A model generated the notes under the pieces. That model did not search any database and had not been told where the DNA came from. It saw nothing but the letters and a program-made list of their open reading frames with translations. Below, one piece after another: positions 53,545-63,964 of a DNA stretch of 64,000 bases (its first letter is position 1; each line of letters begins with the position of its first letter). Where the stretch lies: sequence record OR062945.1. One strand, written 5' to 3'. This stretch comes from Escherichia phage 308Ecol101PP. A program made the position numbers and the translations under genes.

Positions 53545-54870
53545 ATGCAATTGAATTCTCGTAATCTAAAAAGTATTATTGATAACGAAGCCTTAGCATA
53601 TGCGATGTACACCGTTGAAAACCGTGCAATCCCAAACATGATTGATGGATTTAAGCCGGTTCAACGTTTTGTGGTTCATCGTGCGTTAGATTTGGCTCGT
53701 GGTAATAAAGAAAAATTTCATAAACTTGCGTCAATTGCAGGCGGTGTTGCAGATTTAGGTTATCACCATGGTGAATCTTCTGCACAAGATGCAGGTGCAT
53801 TGATGGCTAACACATGGAACAACAACTATCCGTTGTTAGATGGCCAAGGCAACTTTGGTTCTAGAACAGTCCAAAAAGCTGCAGCATCTCGTTATATTTT
53901 TGCTCGTGTAAGTAAAAATTTCTATAACGTATATAAAGATACTGAATATGCTCCAGCTCATGAAGATAAAGAACACATTCCACCAAAATTCTATCTTCCT
54001 ATTATTCCGACAGTTCTTTTGAATGGTGTCTCTGGTATTGCAACCGGTTACGCAACAAATATTCTGCCTCATAGTTTTAAATCAGTCAAAAAGGCTGTAT
54101 TACAAGCTCTTCAAGGTAAAAATGTCACTAAGCCAAAAGTTGAATTCCCGGAATTCCGTGGTGAAGTACATGAAGTTGATGGGCGTTATGAGATTCACGG
54201 AACATATAAGTTCACATCTCGCACTCAAATGCAGATAACTGAAATCCCGTATAAATTCGACCGTGAAACGTATGTGAGTAAGGTTCTTGACCCGTTGGAA
54301 GACAAAGGTCTAATCTCATGGGAAGATGATTGCGGTGAACACGGCTTTGGATTTAAGGTGAAGTTCCGTAAAGAGTACTCGCTTCCTGATGATGAAGAGC
54401 TACGTCATGAAAAAATCATGAAAGATTTTAGTCTCATCGAACGTCGTTCACAAAACATCACAGTGATTAATGAAAAGGGTAAATTAGCGGTCTATGATAA
54501 CGTAGTAGACTTAATCAAAGATTTTGTTGAAGTCCGTAAGACTTACGTTCAGAAACGTATTGACAACAAAATCCTTGAATCTGAAAAAGCATTTAAACTT
54601 GCTTTTGCTAAGGCGCACTTCATCAAAAAAGTTATCAACGGTGAAATTGTGATTCAAGGCAAGACTCGTAAAGCTTTGACTGAAGAGCTAGCACAAATCG
54701 AAATGTATAAAGAACATGTCGATAAACTGGTAGGTCTTAACATCTTCCATATCACTTCCGATGAAGCACGTAAATTAGCAGAAGAAGCTAAAGCTAAGAA
54801 AGAAGAAAATGAGTATTGGAAGTCTACTGATGTTGTGACAGAGTACACTAAAGACTTGGAGGCACTTTGA
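53545..54870 (+). CDS. 52: DNA topoisomerase II medium subunit gp52 (GyrA-like)
   Basis: 441 aa (T4 gp52 about 442 aa), GyrA-like N-terminal region. Confidence 0.85.
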   Translation: MQLNSRNLKSIIDNEALAYAMYTVENRAIPNMIDGFKPVQRFVVHRALDLARGNKEKFHKLASIAGGVADLGYHHGESSAQDAGALMANTWNNNYPLLDGQGNFGSRTVQKAAASRYIFARVSKNFYNVYKDTEYAPAHEDKEHIPPKFYLPIIPTVLLNGVSGIATGYATNILPHSFKSVKKAVLQALQGKNVTKPKVEFPEFRGEVHEVDGRYEIHGTYKFTSRTQMQITEIPYKFDRETYVSKVLDPLEDKGLISWEDDCGEHGFGFKVKFRKEYSLPDDEELRHEKIMKDFSLIERRSQNITVINEKGKLAVYDNVVDLIKDFVEVRKTYVQKRIDNKILESEKAFKLAFAKAHFIKKVINGEIVIQGKTRKALTEELAQIEMYKEHVDKLVGLNIFHITSDEARKLAEEAKAKKEENEYWKSTDVVTEYTKDLEAL

Positions 54871-54946
54871 GTGCCCTAGCCTTAGGATTTCTCAGTGCAA
54901 TAGCTGCACTAGTGATTTGGCTGTATTGGTTGGACAAACATGATTA

Positions 54947-54967
54947 GGGAGCTTCGGCTCCCTTTTG
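54947..54967 (+). terminator. rho-independent terminator (UUCG tetraloop) after gene 52
   Basis: GGGAGC-TTCG-GCTCCC followed by TTTTG. Confidence 0.6.
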
Positions 54968-54989
54968 TGCATTTTTTTTTCACAAAACA

Positions 54990-55018
54990 GTTTACATGTG
55001 CTTCAAACATGATATTAT
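54990..55018 (+). promoter_or_regulatory. early promoter (GTTTAC, 17 nt, TATTAT) upstream of motA
   Basis: Followed by the TAGACCTATCAA motif. Confidence 0.5.
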
Positions 55019-55057
55019 AGACCTATCAAATCAAAACAACCAAATTGGAGAAATAAA

Positions 55058-55690
55058 ATGTCTAAAGTTACTTACATCATCAAAGCTTCTGAAAACGCTC
55101 TGAATGAAAAAACTGCTGCAATAATGGTTTATATCATTAAGAACAACTTCACCACTGCTGCCAATGTCCGTGAAGCTCTGGAAGCAGAATACAATGCATC
55201 GGTTGTTAACTCTAACATTGGTGTATTGATTAAGAAAGGTTTAGTCGAAAAATCTGGTGATGGACTTGTAGCAACAGGCGAAGCAATGGATATTATCCAA
55301 AAAGCTGCAGACCTCTTTGCCCAAGAAAATGCTCCAGAACTTCTTCAGAAACGTAACACTAGAAAAGCACGTGGAGTTACTCCTGAAATGCATGAATTAG
55401 CAAACTTTGTTTTTGAAAATATTAAAGATAAAGTTGAAGTTAAAGAAATTGGTGAAAACCGTAGTAACTTGGAAGTTCGATTCGCTAAACGAGTTCTAGG
55501 CATTCGCCAAATTGAAATTCGACGAGATGGCGCTCTTAGAATCTTTGCATACAACATGTCAGAAACTGAATCAAAGCTGTTTACTTCTCTTGAAAATGAT
55601 GTTAAGATTAAGATCGGTGGTAAATATACTTACATTGACTTCCCTAATGTGTCCAAAGAAATCATTACCCTTGTAACTAACGTACTGTGA
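55058..55690 (+). CDS. motA: middle-transcription activator MotA
   Basis: 210 aa starting MSKVTYIIKAS with SNIGVLIKKGLVEKSGDGL; matches T4 MotA from memory. Confidence 0.85.
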   Translation: MSKVTYIIKASENALNEKTAAIMVYIIKNNFTTAANVREALEAEYNASVVNSNIGVLIKKGLVEKSGDGLVATGEAMDIIQKAADLFAQENAPELLQKRNTRKARGVTPEMHELANFVFENIKDKVEVKEIGENRSNLEVRFAKRVLGIRQIEIRRDGALRIFAYNMSETESKLFTSLENDVKIKIGGKYTYIDFPNVSKEIITLVTNVL

Positions 55691-55700
55691 GGAATACATA

Positions 55701-56030
55701 ATGAATAAGCTGAATATTATTAACGAACTTCGTAAATGTGCAGAACCTACTCAGGAAGGATGGGATATTTGGTACCACGGGGCTTATTTAGGGACAATTG
55801 TAAAGATTAAAGCAGGCCAATATACGGTTATTCGTGAAAATAATGACGCGCCATTTGGCCTTCGTAAAAACTACATGGCAGCGATCAGTTCATTTGTTGA
55901 TGCAGCTTACGAAATCTATAAAGAAGATTATAAAGAATATCAACAGTCACAACCGGTTATTCGTTCGATTGGTGTAAATAAACAAGCACAAAAATCTATT
56001 TGGCAACGTATTAAGGAATGGTTTAAATGA
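55701..56030 (+). CDS. hypothetical protein
   Basis: 109-aa ORF. Confidence 0.45.
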   Translation: MNKLNIINELRKCAEPTQEGWDIWYHGAYLGTIVKIKAGQYTVIRENNDAPFGLRKNYMAAISSFVDAAYEIYKEDYKEYQQSQPVIRSIGVNKQAQKSIWQRIKEWFK

Positions 56031-56488
56031 AAACTTTTAAAGAACGTTTAGCTCTGTTAGATAAAGCTTTGTCGCGTGAGACTCCGGAAAGTCTAGCTGC
56101 TAAATTAGCTTCTTACGGTGGTGAATATACAGAACAAAATGTTTTAGATGAAGTTCCTGAAATCTGTTGGCAGACTCTGTATTGGGATGAAAACCAAAAG
56201 TATCAACGACGAATTGTCTGCGCAGCCAACCGTTTTAAATTAAAAGATGGACGAACTCTTATTATTCCAGGTGCTCGTCATTACTCTAAAGATATGGCTG
56301 AAGTACTTGATATAGTTGGTCCTCAATTAGTCTCGCAACAAGTTTGTGGCGACGACCAAGGCTTTATCGACCAATACTCTAATTACTGGACGCGTGAAGA
56401 AGCAATGATTATTGCAACGTATGCTGGACAGGTACGTATTGAACGTGGCGGAAGTGAGAAAGAACTTTATTCAGAGGACCTTTATTAA
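56027..56488 (+). CDS. hypothetical protein
   Basis: 153-aa ORF. Confidence 0.45.
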   Translation: MKTFKERLALLDKALSRETPESLAAKLASYGGEYTEQNVLDEVPEICWQTLYWDENQKYQRRIVCAANRFKLKDGRTLIIPGARHYSKDMAEVLDIVGPQLVSQQVCGDDQGFIDQYSNYWTREEAMIIATYAGQVRIERGGSEKELYSEDLY

Positions 56489-56769
56489 TGAATATTAAAC
56501 AACTCCAGATTGATGCTATTGAAGCCCACATTAATCATATCAAACGCCTGAATGCTATGATGGAAGAAAATTATGGTATGTATGCTAATCAGCCTGGTTG
56601 GGATGCTTTAGACCATCCTTATTTGGTTAATTTATGTAAAGGTGACACGTTAGCAATTATTCGTGATGGGTTAAAACCTTTCTTGCGTGACATGTATATT
56701 AAAATGAACGAAGAAATTATTAGCTCGTTGCAATATCAATTAAGGAAATTAGACGATGAGAATAATTGA
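56488..56769 (+). CDS. hypothetical protein
   Basis: 93-aa ORF. Confidence 0.45.
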   Translation: MNIKQLQIDAIEAHINHIKRLNAMMEENYGMYANQPGWDALDHPYLVNLCKGDTLAIIRDGLKPFLRDMYIKMNEEIISSLQYQLRKLDDENN

Positions 56770-56980
56770 TTCTAAAGTAGATTATTTTAATTCCGTTAAT
56801 GATAAGAATAAAGCTTTAATTCGCCACTTTATTACTGAGATGGGTTATACCGACTCTAAAGATTTGAAAGAGCACATTATCGAATGTTCTGTGGCTAAAA
56901 AGTTTTCTTTCACAGACAAATGTTTAAACGAGGTTATAAAGCATTATGAACAATCTTGTAGCAAAACACGATTTCAATAA
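56756..56980 (+). CDS. hypothetical protein
   Basis: 74-aa ORF. Confidence 0.4.
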   Translation: MRIIDSKVDYFNSVNDKNKALIRHFITEMGYTDSKDLKEHIIECSVAKKFSFTDKCLNEVIKHYEQSCSKTRFQ

Positions 56981-57054
56981 GGCTTCCGTCCATAAGGACA
57001 AAAAGAAATCAGAACTTCAATCTAAACGTAAACAAAAACATAAGGGTAAAGACT

Positions 57055-57354
57055 ATGCTTACTAAAATCAAAGAAAATCCTGCCACTGAACTTGTTATTC
57101 GATGTGAAGAACTTGCAGAGCTTTATCAGGTTAACCGAGAAGTGTGTCGTAGTGTTATCGTAGATATGGAAGATGAAGTCTGTTCTCGAATTGAGTTTAG
57201 TGTTGATTTCAGTCATTCTAAACCCGGTGAAATCACTATCGTATTTGGTTCTGACTACACTGAAGAACAGGCTCTTAATGTCTTAGAATATGAAATGTCA
57301 TTCTTTGACATACAGGACTACATTGATAGTTATAAGGAACAATATGAGTCATAA
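57055..57354 (+). CDS. hypothetical strongly acidic protein (possible DNA mimic)
   Basis: 99 aa, Asp/Glu-rich throughout; lies between motA and asiA where T4 carries arn. Confidence 0.4.
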   Translation: MLTKIKENPATELVIRCEELAELYQVNREVCRSVIVDMEDEVCSRIEFSVDFSHSKPGEITIVFGSDYTEEQALNVLEYEMSFFDIQDYIDSYKEQYES

Positions 57355-57505
57355 TCTTCAGAACGTAGTAGAGGCCGAACGTGAGCGTGAGGCTTTAGTC
57401 TATAATGAACTATTAGTTCAGTTCTTGGCCTTACACTCGTACGAACAGGAAGACTATACCAATTACGTTAAAAGCGTAGAAAAAGCTGTTTACAATCAAC
57501 ACTGA
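57344..57505 (+). CDS. hypothetical protein (53 aa)
   Basis: Internal ATG of track ORF 57290..57505. Confidence 0.3.
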   Translation: MSHNLQNVVEAEREREALVYNELLVQFLALHSYEQEDYTNYVKSVEKAVYNQH

Positions 57506-57551
57506 TAATGGTACTATATCCATATCAACTAAGTGGAATGAATAAAACGTT

Positions 57552-57824
57552 ATGAATAAAGACATTGAAATCGTACGTGAAATTATTACTATTGCTTCTA
57601 TTTTGATTAAATTCTCTAGGGAAGATATTGTTGAAGACCGAGCAAGTTTCATCGGATTCTTGAATGAGATTGGAATTAAAAAAGATGGTCGGCAGCTAAA
57701 TCAGAATTCTTTTAGAAAACTAATTACAAATTTAACTGCCGAAGAAAAGAAAACACTGATTAGTGAATTCAATGAAGGTTTTGAAAATATTTATCGTCAT
57801 TTAGCGATGTATTCTAACAACTAA
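57552..57824 (+). CDS. asiA: anti-sigma70 factor AsiA
   Basis: 90 aa, MNKDIEIVREIITIASILIKFSREDIVE...; matches T4 AsiA from memory. Confidence 0.85.
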   Translation: MNKDIEIVREIITIASILIKFSREDIVEDRASFIGFLNEIGIKKDGRQLNQNSFRKLITNLTAEEKKTLISEFNEGFENIYRHLAMYSNN

Positions 57825-58484
57825 TTATTTAGCCCTTCCTAGTATTCGGATCGCTTGGTTGCATATAGCCGCTAAGCGATCTTCCTCAAGTATATTACTC
57901 CCCTTATACCAATACATCGTCACAGTTCCGGCATAGATGTTATCCAAATTAAAGTATGGACAACTATACATATAAGAAAGTTCGGCAGTCTTAGATTTTG
58001 TAGGCAAAAATGCAAATTCTGATTTAGATGAGAAATGACGGCCACTTAAATGAATTATATATTCATTGGCCGTTTTATCCACCGGGAATCCGCCAAGGGA
58101 CTTTTCAGAAATTGTGCTAGGTAGTTTGCCTTCATAAGCTATAAGGTCGACAAAATAATTTAAGTTTTTAGGTCTGAAAGAATACACAGCACTAAAATCT
58201 GCACCAGATGAGATATGAACTATTTGCAGTTGTTCTAGAGCCGCAGATTCAAAACGTAAAGCTCGTTCTTTTTGGATTATTTCAGTATAAGTATCATACT
58301 TAGCTCTTACATAATAATCCAGCAAAATACTTCCTTTGTACCATATTAGTGCCATTAGGAACAAAAGAATAATTACCGCTACTCGGGACATTAAAACCTT
58401 TCCGGTAGCGTTATCTTTGAAAATACGATCTAGCAACCCAAATAGAATATCACTAAGCGAAAATGATACTTTTGGTGTTGCCAT
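57825..58484 (-). CDS. t: holin T
   Basis: 219 aa with a single N-terminal transmembrane helix and large C-terminal domain; T4 T is 218 aa. Confidence 0.85.
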   Translation of the reverse strand: MATPKVSFSLSDILFGLLDRIFKDNATGKVLMSRVAVIILLFLMALIWYKGSILLDYYVRAKYDTYTEIIQKERALRFESAALEQLQIVHISSGADFSAVYSFRPKNLNYFVDLIAYEGKLPSTISEKSLGGFPVDKTANEYIIHLSGRHFSSKSEFAFLPTKSKTAELSYMYSCPYFNLDNIYAGTVTMYWYKGSNILEEDRLAAICNQAIRILGRAK

Positions 58485-58493
58485 AATACCTCC

Positions 58494-59045
58494 TTACTTA
58501 AAGATATTTATAATCGCTTTGATAATAGATTTGTTTTCAAGGTCAGGGAATTTAGGGAATTCGCCGCCAAGATGTTCATGTTTTTCTAAAAGGGCAAAGA
58601 ATTTTTTGAGCTCTTTAAATTTTCGTTTTTCTTCTCTATTAGCAACCTCTGCGTCAATAAGAGAACTTAAAACACTGAATAATTTATAGAGTTCATGAAT
58701 TTTCTTATCACGTTGAACTACGCGTTTATATGCTTCATCTTCCTTCCACCCGTCGTCGGTCCAAATGTCAAATTCACCGGGTTCTTCTGTAGTAACATTT
58801 TGAAGAGCACCTGGAGTGTCAATAACAATTTTTTGCTTATCATAAGTCCATACTGTTTTTCCACGATGGTCTTCAACATATACCCATTCTTGTTCGCGTT
58901 CATCAAATACAACAGCATAGCCTTCTTTAGGGTCTAAAGGTTTTTTTGGTGTCGAATGAGCCGGAAATCCTACGCCTTTTAATGGTTTATAATTTTCTTC
59001 TTTGTAAAATTCTTTAGTGTCAAAATAATAGTGATAGAGTTTCAT
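58494..59045 (-). CDS. 38: gp38 tail fibre assembly chaperone (T4 type)
   Basis: 183 aa, MKLYHYYFDTKEFYKEENYKP...; same length as T4 gp38. Confidence 0.8.
   Translation of the reverse strand: MKLYHYYFDTKEFYKEENYKPLKGVGFPAHSTPKKPLDPKEGYAVVFDEREQEWVYVEDHRGKTVWTYDKQKIVIDTPGALQNVTTEEPGEFDIWTDDGWKEDEAYKRVVQRDKKIHELYKLFSVLSSLIDAEVANREEKRKFKELKKFFALLEKHEHLGGEFPKFPDLENKSIIKAIINIFK
58505..58512 (-). promoter_or_regulatory. T4-type late promoter (TATAAATA on minus strand) for t, inside the 3' end of gene 38
   Basis: Plus-strand TATTTATA 21 nt upstream of the t start. Confidence 0.5.
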
Positions 59046-59077
59046 ATTATAAAAAAGGGACAGAAGTCCCTTCTCCT
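59046..59077 (-). promoter_or_regulatory. structured translation-initiation region of gene 38 (hairpin between Shine-Dalgarno and AUG)
   Basis: Minus strand reads AAGGAGAA-GGGAC-TTCT-GTCCC-TTTTTTATAAT-ATG; the hairpin sits between the Shine-Dalgarno sequence and the start codon. Confidence 0.5.
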
Positions 59078-62000
59078 TATGCTAAACGAACGATATAGTT
59101 AAAAGCAACGTTTTTAACTGTGTTTTCTGTATTTCCTGTGGCATTTACAGTTATTGTATGACCATGAGAACCAATCGCTACCGAATGAGAGTGGGCACCA
59201 ATACCTACAGTATGTGTATGGGCACCAATACCAACGGTGTGGGCATGGTTACCTGTGGTACTTGTAGTTCCTGACCAACTATGAGTGTGGGCACCATCTG
59301 AAGAAGTTTTGGCCATATTCGACGCTGCAGTAGCACCGCTCACGGATCCAGTGATTTTAGCGTTGCCGTTTGGTCCCGCACTATTGTATCCATCATAGAA
59401 TATGCTAGTGGGTACGCCGCCTTGTATCTGAGGGCCTGAACGCGCGTGTTGGTGCGCACCAGCGGAACCAGTATTACCACTCACTGTATGGTTATGATTA
59501 CCAGTGGTATTGCTGGTCTTAGTACCATAGTCGAAGCTACTTGTCGTCTTAGTACCATAATCAAAACTTGACGTGGTCTTAGTACCCAAATCTGTGCTTG
59601 ATGCACTTGCACTATGGCTATGTGACTTAACACCGTCTGCTTCTGTACTTAGTACAGCACGCCCGGATGGTTTACCCTTGATAGTTTGACCACGCATATC
59701 AGGCAGAGCGCCGGAAGGATACACCGCAGCTAACTTAGGATACAAGCCAGCATCAAATGTTTGACCTTCCATTATGGCATAACCTTCAGGAGGTGTATCA
59801 GTAGGCCAAGGAATCGGAGCACCAATTGGATAACTTGAGACAATATCTGTCTTAAGGTTATTTATTGTGGTATTCAAGTTAGCAAAATTACCAGAACCAC
59901 CAGTAATATTACCATCAGTACCGAATTGAGCATTACCAACTTTTAATGGTTTAGTAATATCGACAGAATCAGAGTTTAATGCAATACCATGTGAATATGT
60001 GTAGCTGTGCATACGAACGACGTTGCCGCCATCGCCAATACCTAAATACCATTTCGGAACATCTGCTTTACGTCCTTGAATGAAGTTAGAAGACTCTTGT
60101 GTTGGAGCATTTATTCTAATAGCATCTGATGCCATATTTACTGTTATGCGTTGACCAGCCGTAGTACCAGTTGTATCTACTTTAAATCTACCACCGCCGA
60201 TATCTACTACATGGTCCATAGAAACTTGGCCATCGCCTAAATTGATATAAAACGGGCGAAGATTACTTATTCCACCACTTTCACCGGCATCTTTAGGAGT
60301 CGGAATAATGTACAGACTTGTTTCTGAACGTCGGAAAATAGCGCCGTATTCAGCGTTCCAAATTCTTAATGCGTCGGCTGTTCCACCGAATTTAGCTTGG
60401 CCGTTTACAGATAATCCATTATTTGCAACTAAACTTGATTCGCTAACAATAGAACCGGCCGATATAATACCACCACCCACACGTAAAGCGCCGGAAATTC
60501 TGAATTGAAGAGCACCGACAGTTTCAGAACCCGTCGGTGCTAAACGTTGAGAATAAAAATGATAGCCCTGGCCATCATACAATTCAAATACGGTTTCACG
60601 ATTACCGGCGGTGGAGTCGAATGCATTACCCCAGGCTTTCATAGTCAGATAACTTTTATTTTGTCCTGAACGGGTCCCGGCGTTCCACTGGATAGTTCTC
60701 GAGCCATCAACTTTGCTAGGGGCGCCAAATTTAAGGCCTTCGGTATTATTAGAACTATTTAAAAATAATTCGTTGTCTAATTTAACAGGTTGGATAGAAG
60801 AAATAGTGCCGTCAGCATAAAACTGTACATTATTAGAGCCAGTTACCAATTTCAAAATACCCGGATTAACTTCCATGCCTTCTTGAGTATTAATATTAGT
60901 TTTGCCTTTACCACGGAAATAGTGGTTCATTTTTCCGCCAGAATTATATCCAATATGGGTTTGACCATCTCCAGCAGAGTTTTCATCAGCCTGAGTTTGG
61001 ACTGATAAAAGAGCGGCGTTGGTTCCAGGCATAATCCATGTGGTTCCTTGGTCTTCTGAACGTCCAAATAAACCTTTGCGAGTACTACGGAAACTGTCAG
61101 GAGTAATAGAAGCAACAGAATTCCCTGAACCAACTAAATCATAAACACCGGTTTTTTTGTATGATAGCCCCGTCCCGTTATCGCCTAGAGCTAAATAAAC
61201 ACCGAATCCTAAAGCGGCACCATTACCATAGTCGCTTGACGGGTATCCTGCAGTCACAGTACCGATGGCCAGGCTATTGCGGATAATCATTCTGCCGTCA
61301 TTACGAATACCATATAATTTAAATGATGGTGTATTACCAGACCACCAAGAAACTTCATCAGCCTGGCCTGTTTGTGCAGTAACAATTTCATGATACATTG
61401 TACTACCGGATTTAGCTCGCACTTTACGAAGATAGTTTACACCATTCGTTTCGCCGGTGCCTGGATATACATAATTAACTAATGAATCTGTATCATATAC
61501 ACCAAAGGCTTTGCCACCGTGGATAACTGTATCAGCTGCAATGCGTTTAGTTACTAACGAATCTGATGCTAAAATACGGTTGGCTTGAAATTCACCGCCG
61601 TTTATAGAACGGAAATAGAATTCGCTATTAACGGTGCTTCCTGTTCCTTGTCTAACTCTAAGACGTATTTCACCATCAGTTGTAGTTTGAGGACGAGCAT
61701 ATATAACGCCTCGTTCAGTGCCATCAGCATTTTCAAACCATAAATGGGCATTTGATGTTTCACCAGGTGAAGCTCTTGTATAAAACGAACCTTGCAATGC
61801 TCTAAAAGTTTGAGCTGAAATACTAGTACCAGCGGTAATCTGGCCACTTGTGGAAAAATTTCCAAAATTGTTTATTGGCCCATTAACACGTAAAGTTCCA
61901 TTAATAGTAACGTTGCCGTCAACCTGGCCACCTTTAGCAAAGCCTAGGCTAATAATATTACCGAGGTCATCTTTAGTAAAAAGAGTTCGATCTTTTAAGT

Positions 62001-62094
62001 TTATCGCTAATTCGCCTTCGGCTAATTGTGCTGCAGTAGGATTAACTCCTGCCACTTTGCTTCTTTTAAATTGTATCTGTTTTAATGTAGCCAT
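59077..62094 (-). CDS. 37: long tail fibre distal subunit gp37 (receptor-binding)
   Basis: 1005 aa; C-terminal His-x-His repeats ([24 protein letters not shown]) and Gly/Ser/Thr-rich repeats. Confidence 0.85.
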   Translation of the reverse strand: MATLKQIQFKRSKVAGVNPTAAQLAEGELAINLKDRTLFTKDDLGNIISLGFAKGGQVDGNVTINGTLRVNGPINNFGNFSTSGQITAGTSISAQTFRALQGSFYTRASPGETSNAHLWFENADGTERGVIYARPQTTTDGEIRLRVRQGTGSTVNSEFYFRSINGGEFQANRILASDSLVTKRIAADTVIHGGKAFGVYDTDSLVNYVYPGTGETNGVNYLRKVRAKSGSTMYHEIVTAQTGQADEVSWWSGNTPSFKLYGIRNDGRMIIRNSLAIGTVTAGYPSSDYGNGAALGFGVYLALGDNGTGLSYKKTGVYDLVGSGNSVASITPDSFRSTRKGLFGRSEDQGTTWIMPGTNAALLSVQTQADENSAGDGQTHIGYNSGGKMNHYFRGKGKTNINTQEGMEVNPGILKLVTGSNNVQFYADGTISSIQPVKLDNELFLNSSNNTEGLKFGAPSKVDGSRTIQWNAGTRSGQNKSYLTMKAWGNAFDSTAGNRETVFELYDGQGYHFYSQRLAPTGSETVGALQFRISGALRVGGGIISAGSIVSESSLVANNGLSVNGQAKFGGTADALRIWNAEYGAIFRRSETSLYIIPTPKDAGESGGISNLRPFYINLGDGQVSMDHVVDIGGGRFKVDTTGTTAGQRITVNMASDAIRINAPTQESSNFIQGRKADVPKWYLGIGDGGNVVRMHSYTYSHGIALNSDSVDITKPLKVGNAQFGTDGNITGGSGNFANLNTTINNLKTDIVSSYPIGAPIPWPTDTPPEGYAIMEGQTFDAGLYPKLAAVYPSGALPDMRGQTIKGKPSGRAVLSTEADGVKSHSHSASASSTDLGTKTTSSFDYGTKTTSSFDYGTKTSNTTGNHNHTVSGNTGSAGAHQHARSGPQIQGGVPTSIFYDGYNSAGPNGNAKITGSVSGATAASNMAKTSSDGAHTHSWSGTTSTTGNHAHTVGIGAHTHTVGIGAHSHSVAIGSHGHTITVNATGNTENTVKNVAFNYIVRLA
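59150..59245 (-). repeat. tandem DNA repeats encoding the HxH motifs of the gp37 tip
   Basis: Repeated GGGCACCAATACC...GTGTG units readable in the plus-strand sequence. Confidence 0.5.
59515..59605 (-). repeat. three imperfect 30-33-nt tandem repeats inside gene 37
   Basis: GTCTTAGTACCATA... repeated three times, encoding [11 protein letters not shown] three times. Confidence 0.6.
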
Positions 62095-62102
62095 AAGTCC
62101 TC

Positions 62103-62765
62103 TTAATAATAGCCGAAATCTTGAACAGAATCTTTAATTACAATCTGGTCGAAACGAGGAACATGATTAGCCTCAGACGCCGGATTCTGTGAGAAAAAGT
62201 TTGGTGCTGTTAAAGTACCAATCATGGTATCGCCAGAACGCAATACACGGGAATTTGTGTTATCCGTAACAATATTTATTCGTCCATCAACATAATCTTT
62301 TCGTGTGAGATCATTTGCTGCAACCGGAGCAGTAGCGTTAGAACGGACAGGACCAATTGCATAAAAACCGCCCTTAGTGCTGATATCACCGGTACGAGCG
62401 TTAATAACAACAGTTCGGTCTGCTGAACCTTGTGATGACTTAAAACCAATACCATTCCACGAAACGATGTCAATATTTGCCATATCAAAAGTAGCTGCAT
62501 CACCGTTACCTGGATAAACACCACACTGTTGACTACTACCTACAGTAGGAACATGTACGCCTCCATTAAATCGAACAGTTGCAGCGTAAGTACCACCATT
62601 AGCTTTAGAAACGAAATCGTTATCAGCAGCTTGTGGTTTATTATATTCTGAATAGAGTTTAAACGTTTTATACAGGACGTCATCACCTGCTGGCATTAAA
62701 GGGAAATTACCTTGATGCCATATAACGGCACCGCCAGTTGTACTACCAGCTTTTAAATCGGCCAT
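62103..62765 (-). CDS. 36: long tail fibre distal connector gp36
   Basis: 220 aa (T4 gp36 221 aa), directly upstream of gene 37. Confidence 0.8.
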   Translation of the reverse strand: MADLKAGSTTGGAVIWHQGNFPLMPAGDDVLYKTFKLYSEYNKPQAADNDFVSKANGGTYAATVRFNGGVHVPTVGSSQQCGVYPGNGDAATFDMANIDIVSWNGIGFKSSQGSADRTVVINARTGDISTKGGFYAIGPVRSNATAPVAANDLTRKDYVDGRINIVTDNTNSRVLRSGDTMIGTLTAPNFFSQNPASEANHVPRFDQIVIKDSVQDFGYY

Positions 62766-62789
62766 AGTTGTCTCCTTATATGTATACCA

Positions 62790-62797
62790 TATTTATA
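62790..62797 (-). promoter_or_regulatory. T4-type late promoter (TATAAATA on minus strand) upstream of gene 36
   Basis: Plus-strand TATTTATA about 25 nt upstream of the gene 36 start. Confidence 0.5.
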
Positions 62798-62822
62798 CAA
62801 AAATGGGAGACCGAAGTCTCCC
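62798..62822 (-). terminator. rho-independent terminator (UUCG tetraloop, minus strand) after gene 35
   Basis: Minus strand reads GGGAGAC-TTCG-GTCTCCC followed by ATTTTTG. Confidence 0.55.
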
Positions 62823-62827
62823 TAAAT

Positions 62828-63955
62828 TTATTCTGATGCTTCTTTAAATTCTTGTCCAAATACCTTACCAGTATCAGTTGAAGATTGAGTAGGTAATGTC
62901 ATTATGTCTGGAGCACTTAAAGATTCTGAAACATAATTTACACGAATACCATTTACACCAAACTCAGCAGGTTTTGAAACACTTCCATTACATGATACTT
63001 CAGTGAATATAACGTTTCTTAATCCACCTTGCCCGACTGGAGCTGTACGATAACAATAAATCGTGTACCCATCAGCTCCAGCAGGAATTTCTATATAGTC
63101 TTCATATATCTTCCATTCACCTGCGCCCCCATCAAAGTTTATATCCTTAAATGAAATAGGTGAAGTAGAAGGAGATTTAAAGAACCGAATAGAAAGTCGT
63201 GTCGTCCCTTGTGCTAACAAATCAGCATCAGCCATTAGTTGGAATTTCATATAAAGGAAATCTCCAGGCTTCAATTTATACCCAGCGAGAGGTGTAATAA
63301 GGGACGTTGTAGGCATCCTTTTAATTTCATTATTAGTACCTCCAACAGCAGATAAAAATGTGTCTGTCGATTCGTACGTACGACTAGGGAAGCCGGTAGC
63401 ACCAATATCATCGATCGTGTCGTACACAACATCAAGTGGTGTACTATAGTCGGTTGAAGTTTTCTTATTACTATACTTAATATGTTCTAGTGCTATAGCA
63501 TTCTTACCAGAAATATAAAATGCTGAATAAGAAATGTCCACTATATTTAAAACTTGTTGAGCTAATGGAATAACAGAACTCCCAGCTTTAGTAAACCATG
63601 CGAGAACTTCGGGTGGAAAGTTTGTTTTAGCATTAGTAACAAGAGCAAATATAAAATTTGAAGCGTATGTGTCCATGTAAGTAACGAATGCGCTTGACGT
63701 GGCGTCGTTTTCAGTAGAGAAATTATATGTCTTAGATTCAACTACTGCACCTGTTGTAGGATTTATTACACGAACGTTTAATCCAACAGAAAAAACCTGG
63801 GACCCAAGTGGATTATCTTGGAACTTAATATAAGCAGGAGATGTTGATAGCGGGCAAGAGCCCGCTATGCTTAATTTAAATCGTACTGAATTGCTTTCCG
63901 ATAAAAATGGCGTTTGGACGTATCCTTGTCCAAACTTAGCCATAAATTTTTCCAT
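62828..63955 (-). CDS. 35: long tail fibre proximal connector gp35
   Basis: 375 aa (T4 gp35 372 aa), by position upstream of 36. Confidence 0.8.
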   Translation of the reverse strand: MEKFMAKFGQGYVQTPFLSESNSVRFKLSIAGSCPLSTSPAYIKFQDNPLGSQVFSVGLNVRVINPTTGAVVESKTYNFSTENDATSSAFVTYMDTYASNFIFALVTNAKTNFPPEVLAWFTKAGSSVIPLAQQVLNIVDISYSAFYISGKNAIALEHIKYSNKKTSTDYSTPLDVVYDTIDDIGATGFPSRTYESTDTFLSAVGGTNNEIKRMPTTSLITPLAGYKLKPGDFLYMKFQLMADADLLAQGTTRLSIRFFKSPSTSPISFKDINFDGGAGEWKIYEDYIEIPAGADGYTIYCYRTAPVGQGGLRNVIFTEVSCNGSVSKPAEFGVNGIRVNYVSESLSAPDIMTLPTQSSTDTGKVFGQEFKEASE

Positions 63956-63964
63956 AATACCTCT

